Source: Eledone cirrhosa | Taxonomy: Eukaryota | DNA length: 64,000 nucleotides | Direction of reading: 5' to 3' | NCBI GenBank assembly: GCA_964016885.1 | Contig: OZ024741.1 | Coordinates: 204,476,001-204,540,000 of the forward strand | Shown: piece by piece, positions 24,120-36,789 of the stretch | Position numbering within the stretch: position 1 is the stretch's first letter | How the letters are laid out: every line of letters begins with the position of its first letter | Made by a program: the position numbers and the translations under genes | Notes under the pieces: generated by a model | What the model was told of the DNA's origin: nothing | The model's database searches: none | The model's input: the letters and a program-made list of their open reading frames with translations, nothing else

Positions 24120-25224
24120 AACAGCCTACAAAGTTTTTCTGTAGTGAGTGGAGCTACAACTGATATAAACCATATTACTTTTCTTTTTAAAGTTACATGA
24201 TTTAGAAACCAACCCAAATGGATAGTTTTATACTGCAAATCGTTAAATGCATATGTTAATGTATTGAAGAAATATGACAATTAGTTAGAAGCCAAAAAAA
24301 TAATAATAAATAAACAGAAAAAAACACAAGTTTGTAAAATATATTGAAAGAATTGTTTGTTATATTACGTTGTGTGTGTTACTCTGTTTCTCTTTGACTT
24401 TGTCACACATACACACACAGATACAGACATGCGCACATACAGACACACTCAATATTATTGATTTTTAGGTGCATTGCGTATTGAATGCGGCAAGTCACGG
24501 GAATATGAAAGCAATAATCAAGCTACAAGTTATTTGGAGAAATCCTAGAAGCCATTTGTGACTTGTAGTCTGAATCATTAATCTATTTTTGGCATTTAAA
24601 AAATTTATTTACCTTTCTTTTATTTGATATTAATAGTGTCCAACTAATCAGGTGTCAAACTGTTTAGTTTATGTTTATGTTGATGGTTCTGGAGGATATT
24701 ATTAAGGAACTGTATAAGGGTGGTAGATTGGCAGAATCGTTAGAGCATTGGACAAATGCTTAGCAGTATTTGTTCTGGGTCTTTATTAATGAATTGTATC
24801 ACATATGCTAATATCTGATGAAACTAGTTGATGAAATTAATAGCAACTGAAAGATAATTGGTAATAAATATCCTACCACTAAAAAAAACCTCTCAACAGA
24901 GTTTCCAAAACTTTTTCAAACATGGAACCCTTTTTGGTTCAGAAATTTTGTGGGGACCCCCAAAGTCTAATACTGTTATATGGTTGTAATATAGATATAC
25001 TCCTCTACTTTTTTTCACAGAACCCACTTTGGAAACCACTTCTCTAGAATTTTTACGATTTCAGCTTTTCACTGCATGTTAACAAAACAAAGTACAACAA
25101 AAGGTATTAATCCTTTTGATACCCAAACTGTCTGAAACTGCCTTGGATTTATAATACAAAACTGCTCATTTTTAAATGTGTATCCCTTTATTAAATCCTT
25201 CCATTATTATTTAACAAGGGTCAT

Positions 25225-25598
25225 GGTGGATTGGCAGTATTGGTAGAGGGTCGGACGCCATGCTTTGACGTATAGAGTTACGGCCCTTGCCATTCTGAGT
25301 TCAAATTCCGCCGAGGTTAACTTTGCCTTTCATCCTTACGGGGTCGATAAAATAAAGTACCAGTAATGCACTGGGTAATTGCTGACCTTGTGCCTAACGT
25401 AGAAACAATTATCATTTAACAAGGGCAGTGGATTGATAGTATGCCATGCTTTGCAGCATAGTTACAGCCCTTTACAGTCTGAGTTCAAATCCCACCATGG
25501 TTAACTTTGCCTTTCATCTTTATGGGGTTGATAAAATAAAGTACCAGTTATTCACTGGGATAATTGCTTGTCTTGTGCCAAAAGTAGAAACAATCATT
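25225..25598 (+). mobile_element. Two tandem SINE family 1 copies inserted in a MITE
   Basis: Family 1 consensus occurs twice. Both copies are flanked by ATTATTTAACAAG-like repeats. Confidence 0.85.
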
Positions 25599-26177
25599 AT
25601 TTAACAAGAATTTCTTTAATAAAATTGTTCTAAACATCAGCTTATAATCCCTTGAAATATTTGATTATTTTCAAATTTAATTAAAGTACTTAGAAAAATG
25701 GTATCGAAAGAGTTAAATAACTATGTATATATGCTATTGTACAATAATAATTTCATATTATTCTAAACAAAGTGCCTATCCTTCAACGAATAAACTGCAC
25801 CTAACTTAATTCAGGAACCATATGCATAATCTTGATAAATGAATTGTTCTCAATATTGTTTTGGTTCTTATCAGTGTTGCATATGTATTTCTCTTTTTAA
25901 TCTACTGTTGCTTCTGATACAAAGTGAGAAATTGTATCTTCAAATTATGATTAGAATTTGGTTTTTTGCTCTAACATAGCAGATACATAAATGTTTTCTA
26001 GAGATTTATATTGAATAATAATAATATTTGATTCTGTGCCACCACTAGAACAAAAGGATGATGATGATGGTCATCTAAAATAAAACAGTGTAATGAGGCT
26101 GTTTGCTTGCAAACAAATCGAATATTTTTATTATTTGATATAAAACTTATGAATACAAATTATACAAATTATTATTA

Positions 26178-26368
26178 GCAGTGGATTGGCAGTATCGGTA
26201 GAGGGTCGAACGCCATGCTTTGCAGCAAAGAGTTATGGCCCTTGATGGTCTGAGTTCAAATCCTACCAATGTTAACTTTGCCTTTCATCCTTACGGGGTC
26301 GATAAAATAAAACACCAGTAATACACTGGGATAATTGCTGGCCTTGTGCCAAAAGTAGAAACAATTAT
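26178..26368 (+). mobile_element. SINE family 1 copy
   Basis: Consensus match. Confidence 0.85.
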
Positions 26369-26549
26369 ATTAGTTGGTTGGCTAACTGCATTACCACTTT
26401 CACTTTCACATCACCATGATGTGCACCAGAAAGCAGCCTATTATGTGAGTCTTCTCTTCCAATGTATATAGCCTCTCTTTCCCACCAAGATACCTGCCAT
26501 GTGTCTCTCAGGCCTCATATGGTTACTGAATGGCTTGTTATTCCAGGCT

Positions 26550-26815
26550 GATTTGGCAGGCAATCTTGGAACAGCAGTGGGCTCCTGAAATACAGTGTCT
26601 AGGCAATCTGGCAGGCAGTCTTGGAGCAGCAGTCATCTCCAGAGATACAATCTTTGGGCAATTTGTCTGGCTATCTTGGAGCAACAGCAAGCTCCAAAGA
26701 TACACTATTCAAGCAATCTTGGGGCAGCAGTGAGCTCTAGAGATACTATGTGCAGGCAATCTGGTAGGCAATTTAACTGGTAATCTTGGAGCAACAGTGG
26801 GCTCCAGAAATACAC
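26550..26815. repeat. Degenerate ~57-bp minisatellite (about 5 units)
   Basis: Recurring GGCAATCTTGGAGCA.CAG...CTCCAGAGATACA. Confidence 0.75.
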
Positions 26816-29019
26816 CGTGCATGAGAACCCTAATAGACCGAAATCCTAATGACTTTGACAACTACAATTTGAAAGACATAAGAAAAGCTGACAGTTGCAT
26901 ATCATTATATATTCCACAACAACAGTATTAGTTTTCCCTGCTGTTTTTCCTCTTGATTTACAACTAGCTGGCTCGTGTTGAGAGCACTGCCAGCACAAGC
27001 TTGGTAGCTTGCCAGCACTTTGCTTTCTCTAAACTGCTGCATCCAACTAAACTGGTCTCTGGAGAATTAGTTATCTTTATATAGCTCACTCAGAACTTCA
27101 GTTTCTTAAGAAAATTCAAACTTGTTAGTGGGTAGAAAATGTAAGAAGACTGGTATATGAATATATAATGACTCAATGTATTAATGTTTTGATGATATAT
27201 TTTTTTTCCTTGTCCCTTTTCCTGTTGGAAGTATTTTTTCCATTTAACTTTTTGTGATTAGAATAGAAGGTAACAAATCAGTTTAACTTCAGCGACATTA
27301 CTATTATGTTTCTGGAATTCCATTGCTGATTCAAAATGTAAATTAGCTTTGTCTGTAGCAGCAAGTTTTTTTTTGAGCATGTATGTGTGTAGATGTATGT
27401 ATATGTGTGGTCACATGTTTGTCATTGGTTGGTTGTGTGTGTATATGTGTGTAGTCATATGGTTGTTATTGGTTAATTGTGTGTGTATGTGTGTGGTCAT
27501 GTGGTTGTTGTTGGTTGGTGGTGTGTATGTGGTCATGTGGTTGTTGTTGGTTAGTTGTGTGTGTGCATGCATGCAGTTGAGTGTACGTGCAATTGGATGT
27601 GTCATAGAAAAAATACATTGTCATCCTCATTGAAACAATTATTTATGTCTATTTCTGCCTCTTTCAAAGAATTAAAACAAACCTGCCTGACTACATGAGT
27701 CATGTACGTATGTAGTCTTTATATGATCACTTAACCTGCTAGAAATAGCAGTCAAATCTTCTCCAAGGCACAGTGAATAAAATGTAGTTCTAGGTATAGT
27801 TCTGCTTGATCAGGGCAGAACAGGGTCTAAACAATAGTACACAACAGATACATGATGGTAACATTAAATTGTACTGTTATTTATATATTTTGAATATTTC
27901 ATCATCATCATCACATCCATTTTTCTATGCAAACACGAGTTAAACAAGACTTTTTTCAAATATTTTATGGCTGGATGTCCTTCCTGACACTAACCTTTAT
28001 TTTTATTTATTATTTTCAAATTAAGGTATTGATTTTCACACATCGAATTAATGAGCTATTTTTGTTTGTGTGGGACTTATGCTTTATCACTTGTGTTAGA
28101 GGTTGTCAATGCAAACCAAACAAACAATACATGCACACACATATGACGAGCTTCCATACATTTTCCATCGACTAAATTTAAAGGTTTGACAAAAACAAAT
28201 CAATAGAATAAGCACAAAACTTGAAAAAAAAAATACTGGGGTTGATATTATATATAAGAATCCCTTCAAGGGAGTGGTTGTTTTTTTTTTTGGTTTTTTT
28301 TTTTTCATGCAGTTTCTATTTATGGAGATTTTAGCTTAGCAACAGGTATAAATAATGAATGAATTTTGATGGCACTCACTATACAGAAGGAATTGTTATT
28401 TAATGAGTCCAATTATGACAGCAACATATTATAATAGTGGGAGATTTTTCTTTCTAAAGTATGAGATTAAGAAGTCACTCCAGTTAGTGCTGATACTTCT
28501 CCACATCAAAAGTTCATGGCTTCAGTACTATGGTCCTGTAGTTAGAATGTCTAAGCACAGAACAGATTTTAAGGGCAAAGTAAGATGGTTTGATAATGGC
28601 CATAACCTTGGTTGGTCTTGCTTGGGGATGTAGCCAGATCTTTTAAGATGACACTTGCTTCTGATAGGGCCTTCAGGATGGCATAAATACAAACATAACT
28701 GAATCATTTAAGTTGTACTTCCAGTGGCTCTTTCGCTTCATTTGCCATTTATACCATTGAATTAAGTTAGCTTCTTTCAGTTTTGACTAATTTCTGTTAT
28801 TCTTCAGGACAGCAGAGAGCAGAATTGAGAAATGATCAGGAACCAATTACCTTGCAGTATTTAATAATGGCCTTTTACATTCTGAGTTCAAACACCAACA
28901 AATTTTACTTTTTCATCTTTGTTGAGAGTTAAAACATCAGAGAGTGGCAATTTAATCAGCTATTTCCCCTCAAAAAGTTTTCTGGCTTTGAATCCATGCA
29001 AGAAACTTTATTCTTCTGT

Positions 29020-29246
29020 TTAACCCTTTAGCATTTAAACTGGTCATATCCAACCAGAATTCTCTCACCTCTTTCTGTTCAAACCGGCTGTAACCGGCTG
29101 CTCATATTGATGTTAAGGTATTGTGCTCAAAATAAATAATGTCAAAATCTCATAGATTCGATATTATGTAAGAATTATGTGAAGTAAAGACTTTACCATG
29201 AAAATATGATAGTAAATATAAAGTAATATAAATGCTAAAGGGTTAA
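29020..29246. mobile_element. piggyBac-type MITE
   Basis: TTAACCCTTTAGCATTTA...TAAATGCTAAAGGGTTAA. Confidence 0.85.
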
Positions 29247-30035
29247 GAGGCTTTAAAATGTCGAACAAAATACCTTGTGCTATTTAGTTATGGCCCTTAC
29301 ATTCTGATTTCAAATTTCATCCTTCTGGGGTGAAAAAAAAATATATATATATATATATACTGTGGGTGATAAAATTTATTGTTCTCTCCCTCAAAATTTG
29401 TGGTTGTGTACTTTTGTAAAAAAATTAATGTTAAAATTGAGCATGTAAATGTTGAAGATGGGACAAAGTCTACTGTTATACAGGTTTGGTAGATGCAATA
29501 TAGCTGAATGATTAAGAAGCTCACTTCACAAGCATGCAGTTGCAGGCTTGATCCCATTATGTGGCATCTTGGGGAAATGCCTTTTATCATCATAACCTTG
29601 AGTCAACCCAACCAAGTGTTGTGAGTGAAATTAGGTTGATGGAAACTATTTAGAAGATGTTTAGTATGACTACACCTATAATTCAAAGTGCCAACTATGT
29701 CACACACTGTGTTATGCTGAATCCCCTTGAGAGTTATGTGAAGAGTATATATGTCTTTGGAATACTCCACCAATGAGACATTTATTTAACAAGAAGGTCA
29801 CTCCATTGATTATTTAATTAGAACACATTGTCAAAACTGAAAAGGTACATTTACTATAGTAACAAGTTTGACTCCTGACTAACCTATTTCACTCCACATA
29901 ATTCTTGAAAAGTCTTTTTAATTCTCTTCAGGAGACTTTCATTTCATGCAAATGTCAATTCCTTGAACAAGTTAAAAAAAAACCTTTGTTATTAGCTCCA
30001 GGTCAGCCCTAACCAAACAGAGCTGTAATGAAAGT

Positions 30036-30250
30036 ATTTGGCAGAATCGGTTGAACGTTCGACAACATGCTTAGTGGCATAGAGTTACAGCCCTTTACAT
30101 TCTGAATTCAAATCCCGCCGAGGTTAGCTTTGCCTTTCATCCTTACGGGATCGATAAAATAAAGTACCAGTAATGCACTGGGGTCGATTTAATCGACTTT
30201 CCCTTTTCCCCAAAAATTGTTGGCCTTGTGCCTAAATCAGAAACTATTAT
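30036..30250 (+). mobile_element. SINE family 1 long variant
   Basis: Consensus plus an extra GGGGTCGATTTAATCGAC hairpin before the 3' end. Confidence 0.8.
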
Positions 30251-31626
30251 ATTTACAGGACTACATTATTCTAAGTATCTTTTTCAAGATGGCAGAATGT
30301 AATTGATAGCAGATTTGGTTACTATTTCTAGCAGGTCTTGTTGGCTACCCATGAAAATCTAGTGAGAATTAATAAATGCTATTGCCAAATTTATGACTGC
30401 TTGAATCAATCCTGTCTTTGCAAGAAGTTTATATTGCTTCTCTAATATCAATCCTCTGTCTATTATCCAGTTATTTAATCCTTACTGTCTTGAACTATCA
30501 GTGAGTACCATAAGCATGTGCAGTTCACTGTTATAAACAGTAGGAAAACTGTAAAATTGATTATTGTGCTCATTCTAAGCATGGACACAGTTTAGAAAAG
30601 CATTCTTCAAGTCAATAGAGCTGGTCACTCTATATTGATACATCTGGTTAGTATAAACCAAGCAATTTGTTAATGATAATTATGATAATCATTGTCCATC
30701 TATATACTACTACAACTCTGTGATTGCTTGCTTGCTTGTAATGTAATACAGCCAAAAGGGCGCATAATGGGAAAATATTTTGAAAGGATGTTGACCCTGA
30801 AATGGGAATACAAATAGAATAAAACAAGTTTCACATAAATCAGAGCACATGTTGCCGAGATACGGGGTTTTTCCAGGTACCTTCATAAACAGAGAGAGAG
30901 AAAGAGATAGTGGTTGTGAGAGAGTAGATTGAAAGAGAGACATAGAGAGGGAGAGAAGGAGAATGGAAGAGAGAGAGAGTTGGTGGTGTTATTGTGTATA
31001 TATGTGTGTGTGTGTGTGTGTGTCTATGACCAGTGTATATAGATCACAGACATCCACATGTATACACATACACACACACACACATACACACACACACACA
31101 TGTATACACACACACATTTATATATACATAAACGCACATATAAATGGGCCTTCCAGTTTCATTTCACATATATGTGTATATTTCAATAATTTAAAAATTA
31201 TTTTTAAGTGAACATGATTTTAAAAAATATTTTGAAGTGAATGTGGCCCAATGGGTCATGGGTGGTCTAGTTATTATATGAAGTTAAGAAGAATCTAGAG
31301 GTAACTAGGTCACACTGTTCTTAGTTCAACTGTACTGAGTGAGTAGAGTTTACCACATTTGTATCTTTGCTTACTTTGAATGTCTCTTTCTATCAACCTA
31401 AAAATCGGATTGAATTAACTTAATAAATGTATTTTCTTGTCTTATTGAAATACATCAAAATTAAAAAACGAAAAGAAGAAATTAAAAAGCGCAATTAAGA
31501 GAAGGGGTGGGAGGAGTGGCACTTTACACTCCAGTCTAGGTGGCATATCTCAGCTGCACCCCACAGACACAATGGTAAAGACATTTCTGTTGAGAACAGC
31601 CAGGGACATATACTGCATTAGTCACT

Positions 31627-32062
31627 CTATCTCATGGGGCACCTTTCTTTGGCAGGATTCACACAAGTTTGGAAGAAAATGGCAGTTTGGGGACCGAGGA
31701 CATCTGAGGTCTCAACAGCAACCCTCATGAAAAGGAAGTGGCCAGTCATGTCTTCATATTTAGCTGTCTTCATCTCCTTCTCAATACAGGCAGCAGTTTC
31801 TGGTTTATGGCTGGAATAATTTGATAAATTATTCCATCTGTTGCTCTCTGACAGGTTTGCAGTCAAGCTCATGGCAGTGGAGACTTTTGGTGTCCTTGGA
31901 CCTAGGGCCACCTCCCTACTCAATACTATGGGCACAGAACTGGCTAGCTGCAGGTGTGAGCCTTGCGAGCTGGAATGGCTTTTCCAGTGCATCTCCCTCA
32001 CCATCCTCCAGGGAAGCGCCTTCTCTATTCTGTCCGCTGGGGCCACGAGGCAGCCAGGGTGA
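31627..32062. mobile_element. Two divergently oriented CRE-clade (restriction-like endonuclease) LINE fragments
   Basis: Minus strand: EKEMKTAKYEDM..F..VAVETSDVLGP. Plus strand: MAVETFGVLGP..WLFQCISLTILQGSA. Both resemble the CRE C-terminal K..KY/AVET.G..G/QRLS.A.QRGNA pattern. Confidence 0.65.
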
Positions 32063-32316
32063 GGGACTCCATTTGCTCATAATTGTGAGAAATGGGGAGG
32101 GCAGGAGGGACGGAGGTGATGACAGTAGGAGTTTGGTTTCTCTCGGTTCGGACCTGGTGTACATATGTGTGTAATTTTACACTTATTTTCGGCTTTTACA
32201 GCTATTGTTATAAAAGAAAATAATTTTTCAGAAAATATAAGTACAATTTATGAGGAAATTGTTAATTAATTGTAATTAACATTAATGATACTGAGATATT
32301 TTTCTTTCTGTTACAG

Positions 32317-32360
32317 GTGATGCTGTTTTAACGAACTTGGATATCAAAGACAGTGCTTTG
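32317..32360 (+). CDS. VPS13: VPS13A/C-like exon (probable coding exon 2): (G)DAVLTNLDIKDSAL
   Basis: Polypyrimidine tract + CAG acceptor, GTAAAT donor, 44 nt. Matches the chorein-N G.V.L.NL.IK..AL motif. Confidence 0.85.
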
Positions 32361-32713
32361 GTAAATATTCAGTTTAACCCTTTCACTACCATATTTCTAA
32401 TAAATGATACTGCCAGTATAATTTTTTTAAATGATACTGCCAGTATCATTTTTTAAATGATACTGGCAGTATTTATAAGGATTTAGTAATATAAGTAACC
32501 TTTTCTGTTATTATGATGTTTGAAGTATAACTTAACAAAGGCTCTTACTGAAAATTATAATGGAAAGTTTATAAATATAAAGACTTTAAATTAAACTGAT
32601 TTGCATAATAGAATTAGAGGCAGTTTCAGTCAGTTTGATATCAAAAGGGCTAATATAAGACAGGTTTGGTGCAAACCAAACGAGTTTGAATTTGATTTCT
32701 GCTAAAGATTTGT

Positions 32714-32757
<44 letters not shown>

Positions 32758-32885
32758 AAAGTTCTATTTAAAGTTGTTGGGATACAACAAGTAAATATTT
32801 TTATAACTGATATAAAGCACTCGACAAGTTTTTGGAGTAGATATACGATATTAATAAATGGAAACTATATTTATAAAACCATATT

Positions 32886-32950
32886 TATTTCATTATACAT
32901 ATTTCAGGGATACCAGATTAAATTATGGTATGCCTTCATCAGACAAAATA
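32886..32950 (-). ncRNA. Type-I hammerhead ribozyme (mirror copy in the left palindrome arm)
   Basis: Reverse complement of 33077-33141 with one stem II difference. Confidence 0.65.
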
Positions 32951-33076
32951 CAATATATAACAGTTTTACAAATAGCTTTGACGTACCCTTTTAAAATACA
33001 ACCATTACTTCTCCAAAAGTAATGGTTGTATTTTAAAAGGGTACGTCAAAGCTATTTGTAAAACTATTATATATTG

Positions 33077-33141
33077 TATTTTGTCTGATGAAGGCATACC
33101 ATAATTTAATGTGGTATCCCTGAAATATGTATAATGAAATA
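33077..33141 (+). ncRNA. Type-I hammerhead ribozyme (Penelope-type, palindromic stem III)
   Basis: TATTTTGT-CTGATGA-A-GGCATACCATA..TGTGGTATCC-CT-GAAA-TATGTA-TA-ATGAAATA. Stem I is 8 bp with 2 GU pairs, stem II is long, stem III ATATGTAT is self-complementary, site AUA. Confidence 0.7.
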
Positions 33142-33166
33142 AATATAGTTTCCATTTATTAATATC

Positions 33167-33223
<57 letters not shown>

Positions 33224-34768
33224 AATATAAATTTAGCGAGAATCGCATTTCGGCGTGTAGAAATTGGAGAAACGCACCTTCTGTATTGTGTAAACAAGCG
33301 CTCCATGGATATGAAGATACCAGAGCTATAAACATAAGTTAAAATGGTCATACAAACTGAGACAGCCAAAAAAGCGAACAAGCTAAATGGGTCAAACAAA
33401 ATAAGATATGATTGAAATAGTTACCCGGACCCTCAGGGAAGATGGAATACTCAGATATTTGGGTTTCTGCAACACCTAAATCAATAATACTGTCTGCTTA
33501 TAAAAAATAAGCTTTTGGTATAATGATCGAACAACGCATTGCTTTCTCAACAGGCATTTTGCTCTCCATGCGCCAGAATCTCACAGGTTATGAAAGAACA
33601 TGAGGTTCTAAGGAGAGGAAACCCCTATTTTGGCCAGTGAATTCAGCATGTGTAGTTATTGCAAAAATTTGCAAAAACACCAGAAAACGAATTTAGCACT
33701 CGACCGAGTTGTTTTTAAAATAAACTTAAGTGATTAATCAGTCAATAGAGTTAACTAAAAAGCCAAAGAAAATTAACTGGTTAATCGCTTGACTTGGGAG
33801 ATTAATACAAATATAAATTTAGCGAGAATCGCATTTCGGCGGGTATATATATATATATATATATCTCTCTATATATATATATATGGTACAGGATCTATAA
33901 GTTAGTTCCAAACATTTGATTAGCTATTTTCTGACACCAAGCAACCCTGGGCTGATCAACAATATATTTTTATGTTGTACACCAAATGTGGGGATGGTCT
34001 ATTACCTCTTAATGTCTTATACCACATGGAACCACATTAGCAAGGCATTTTTGAAAAGATTAAAATACTAACTGCATCACATTAAATACTGAAGATTTTA
34101 GTTTACTGTAAATTTTCACAATGACCTGTCCACTATTAAATATACCATAACCATTTAAATTAATTGACCAGCTTTTAAATATTTTCTACTAGATCATTAC
34201 AGGGTGTTAAGATTTAATGAAGCTTTTGAAATTAATTGTTATAATTATACTCTTTCAAATAGATGTAACTAGTTTTAAACAAAGCAGTAATTTATTCAAT
34301 GTAGTGTTAGACTTTTTTACCATTGTAAAGTCACAATATGACAGAATTGTTACTCAACAAGCTTCTGGACAGATGTAGTTATTGGAGACTGACTTGATAT
34401 TTTTTTAAACCTTTTCATTAGTGTATATTTCTAATGAAAGACACTGTGTTTCAATTAATTTTAAAATAACTAAACATTTGTAAGAATTTAACAATTTAAA
34501 AATATAACTAATCTTTTTATTATTAAGCCACTGAAAAAGATTTCTTACATAAAATTGTAATGAAAGGCTTTACTATAAATATGAACACTTTAAAATAGAT
34601 AGCTTTGTATCATAGAAGCAGGGGTAGTTCCAGGTTGTTTGGTAACAAAAGCATTAATAAGCATTAAATTATAAGCATTTTTAATCTCCCTACATTTTTC
34701 TTTCTAAAAGGTGAGCACCAACTTCATTTATGACAAACTGCCTATTAGTTATCATATATATATTTATA

Positions 34769-34969
34769 CTAGCTGAATTACCCGGCGTTGCCCGGGTTAC
34801 TGCTGTTCTTATTCAGATTAGTAAACGATAACTAAGATGTTTTTTTTTTCTCATAATTATTTCAAAATATCTATAATTTATTTTTTTAAATTTGATTTGA
34901 TTTGGTCTAGCCATTTGAGAATGCATAGGAACAGACAGACAGAGACAAAGAATTTTATATATAGAGAGA
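34769..34969 (-). mobile_element. 201-bp mini-Helitron (internal deletion derivative of 13781-14867)
   Basis: Minus strand A|TCTCTCTATATATA...AACCCGGGCAACGCCGGGTAATTCAGCTAG|T. Both ends are shared with the longer copy. Confidence 0.88.
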
Positions 34970-35245
34970 TGTACATATCTATTTAAATGTAGTAAAAGAT
35001 TTTGTTACAGATTAAATTGAGCCATATAAAGATACACTTATACAATGATTGGAAAGATAAATTATGAATGAAAATTTATAGTAGTTTTAATTGTGATAAA
35101 ATATTTATAACAAAGTACTGGTGTTTATGAATATAACAAAGATGCTCGGTTGTGTATATAACGTTTAATTAACAATTTGCAGTTATGTAGAATAGTATAG
35201 TTGACAAGTCAATGAAAGTAGATGAAAGAATGAAGTAAAGTTATT

Positions 35246-35520
35246 TGTTACCGTTTTGAAGTTAGCTCGCAAGAGGCCATGTTAGGGTTGCCAGTCGAAC
35301 GCGCCTGGCCGAAGGGTCAGGCAGGTTAGAAGGCCAGGAGCCGAAAGGCAAATGAGAGGTAGAGATCGCTCTGAGTATCCCTTTTATAGGGTCTCAAGAC
35401 GGAAGTGACAAAAAGGGTTTTGCCACCCCAACGGGAAGTAACTCCAGCTACTTCCTGTCTAGAGAGCGTTAATCTATTGGTGATGTGATCGTCACAACAA
35501 GGGAAGCAACTCTTGCTACA
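35246..35520 (-). mobile_element. Solo LTR (275 bp, probably Gypsy-type)
   Basis: TG...CA termini (TGTTAC / GCTACA), 4-bp TSD TATT on both sides, GC-rich island, TATAAAA on the minus strand. Confidence 0.7.
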
Positions 35521-36789
35521 TATTAATTACAAATTATCATGGAATTTGAATGAGGAGTTCTTGAATAAATTAAGTGATAAAATTTACTAGCCAGATTTAT
35601 TACCTTTACATGGTTATTCAGTCTGCCTCAATACATATCTTTGGACATATTTTATTAGCATACTGTAAAAAATTATAACAGTAATGAACCTAGATATTTA
35701 CAACATATTAATGTATTCATTATATAAGCATGTTAAAAATGCTTCAGTTTGTGAAAAGTGGGGGGAATGTAGTTCACAGAAGGCAAACAAACTAACATTG
35801 ATTTCATTAGAATTAACATTTGTATTATTTTATTTATCTTAGTATATTGTTTTGTTTTGTTTTTTTATTGTGAAACAATATAATATTACATCCCAGCTGT
35901 CTAAGAATTATGTTTCAATCTGTTAAACATAACCAATTGAATAAAAATGCTTTGAATTCAGTTAATTACTAAGTATTGACATTTTAGGAGTGCTCTGTGA
36001 ATATTTAAGTGGAGTATTGTTTTTCAGTGTTAAGGTTAACAACATTTAACAAAAAACTTATGTGTGATCAGACACATCGATGGTGTAGTCAGACAGATCT
36101 ATGGTGGTGAGATCGGACATATTTATGTTGTATAGGTAGTTAGCTGAACAACTAAGTGTAGTCCACGAATCCAGATAAATCATACAACTATCTTGTTGAA
36201 AACTATACTGCACATTCTGAGAACCATGTTGCACATTTTGACATGCAGTGTTGTAGTTTGGGAATTTTAAATGATGAATGTTAAATAGGAGTGTATTATG
36301 TTCTAGATGCTGCATATCACAATCATGAGGTTCTAGATTGAATCTCATTGTGTGGTATCATGAGCAAGTGTCTTTTACGATACCCAAACTTTGTGAGTGA
36401 AAGTGGGTGAATGGAAACTGTAAAAGCCTTTCAGATGTATTGTACCTGTAATTGAAAGGTCCACTCTTATCACACATTGTGCCTCACTGATTCTGTCTAA
36501 GGTTTATGTTAAAGGTATTCATGTCTCGAATACTCTATGGATACTTAATCGTAATTTTGATAAAAGTTTGAAGAAATAAAAAGTAAATACTTAATATTTA
36601 CAAAGTATATTTTAAAGAATATGAAAATATTGATAAAAATTTGAAAGGATTTCTAGAATGAAATGATATGAGCTAAGCCTCTTAAATATGAAATGATAGA
36701 CTTGTTCAAAGGAGGCTCTTGGTAATCAGTGAATTGCTATCAGTTTCCCATACATGAATTTAGAAGAATTTAAGCAATGGCAATTTTCA

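Larger units (their letters stand above)
32845..33168. repeat. Near-perfect 324-bp palindrome within a (TA)n-bounded region
   Basis: Arms are reverse complements around a 6-nt loop CTCCAA (33011-33016). The left arm has a short insertion. Confidence 0.95.

Noticed and set aside
24808-24850. CTGATGA...GAAA possible hammerhead
   Set aside because: Stem II does not abut GAAA, and stem I cannot form next to the putative cleavage site.
1-32316. VPS13 first coding exon (MVFE...GIW.G)
   Set aside because: Not found by eye; presumed upstream of the window, though a miss cannot be excluded.
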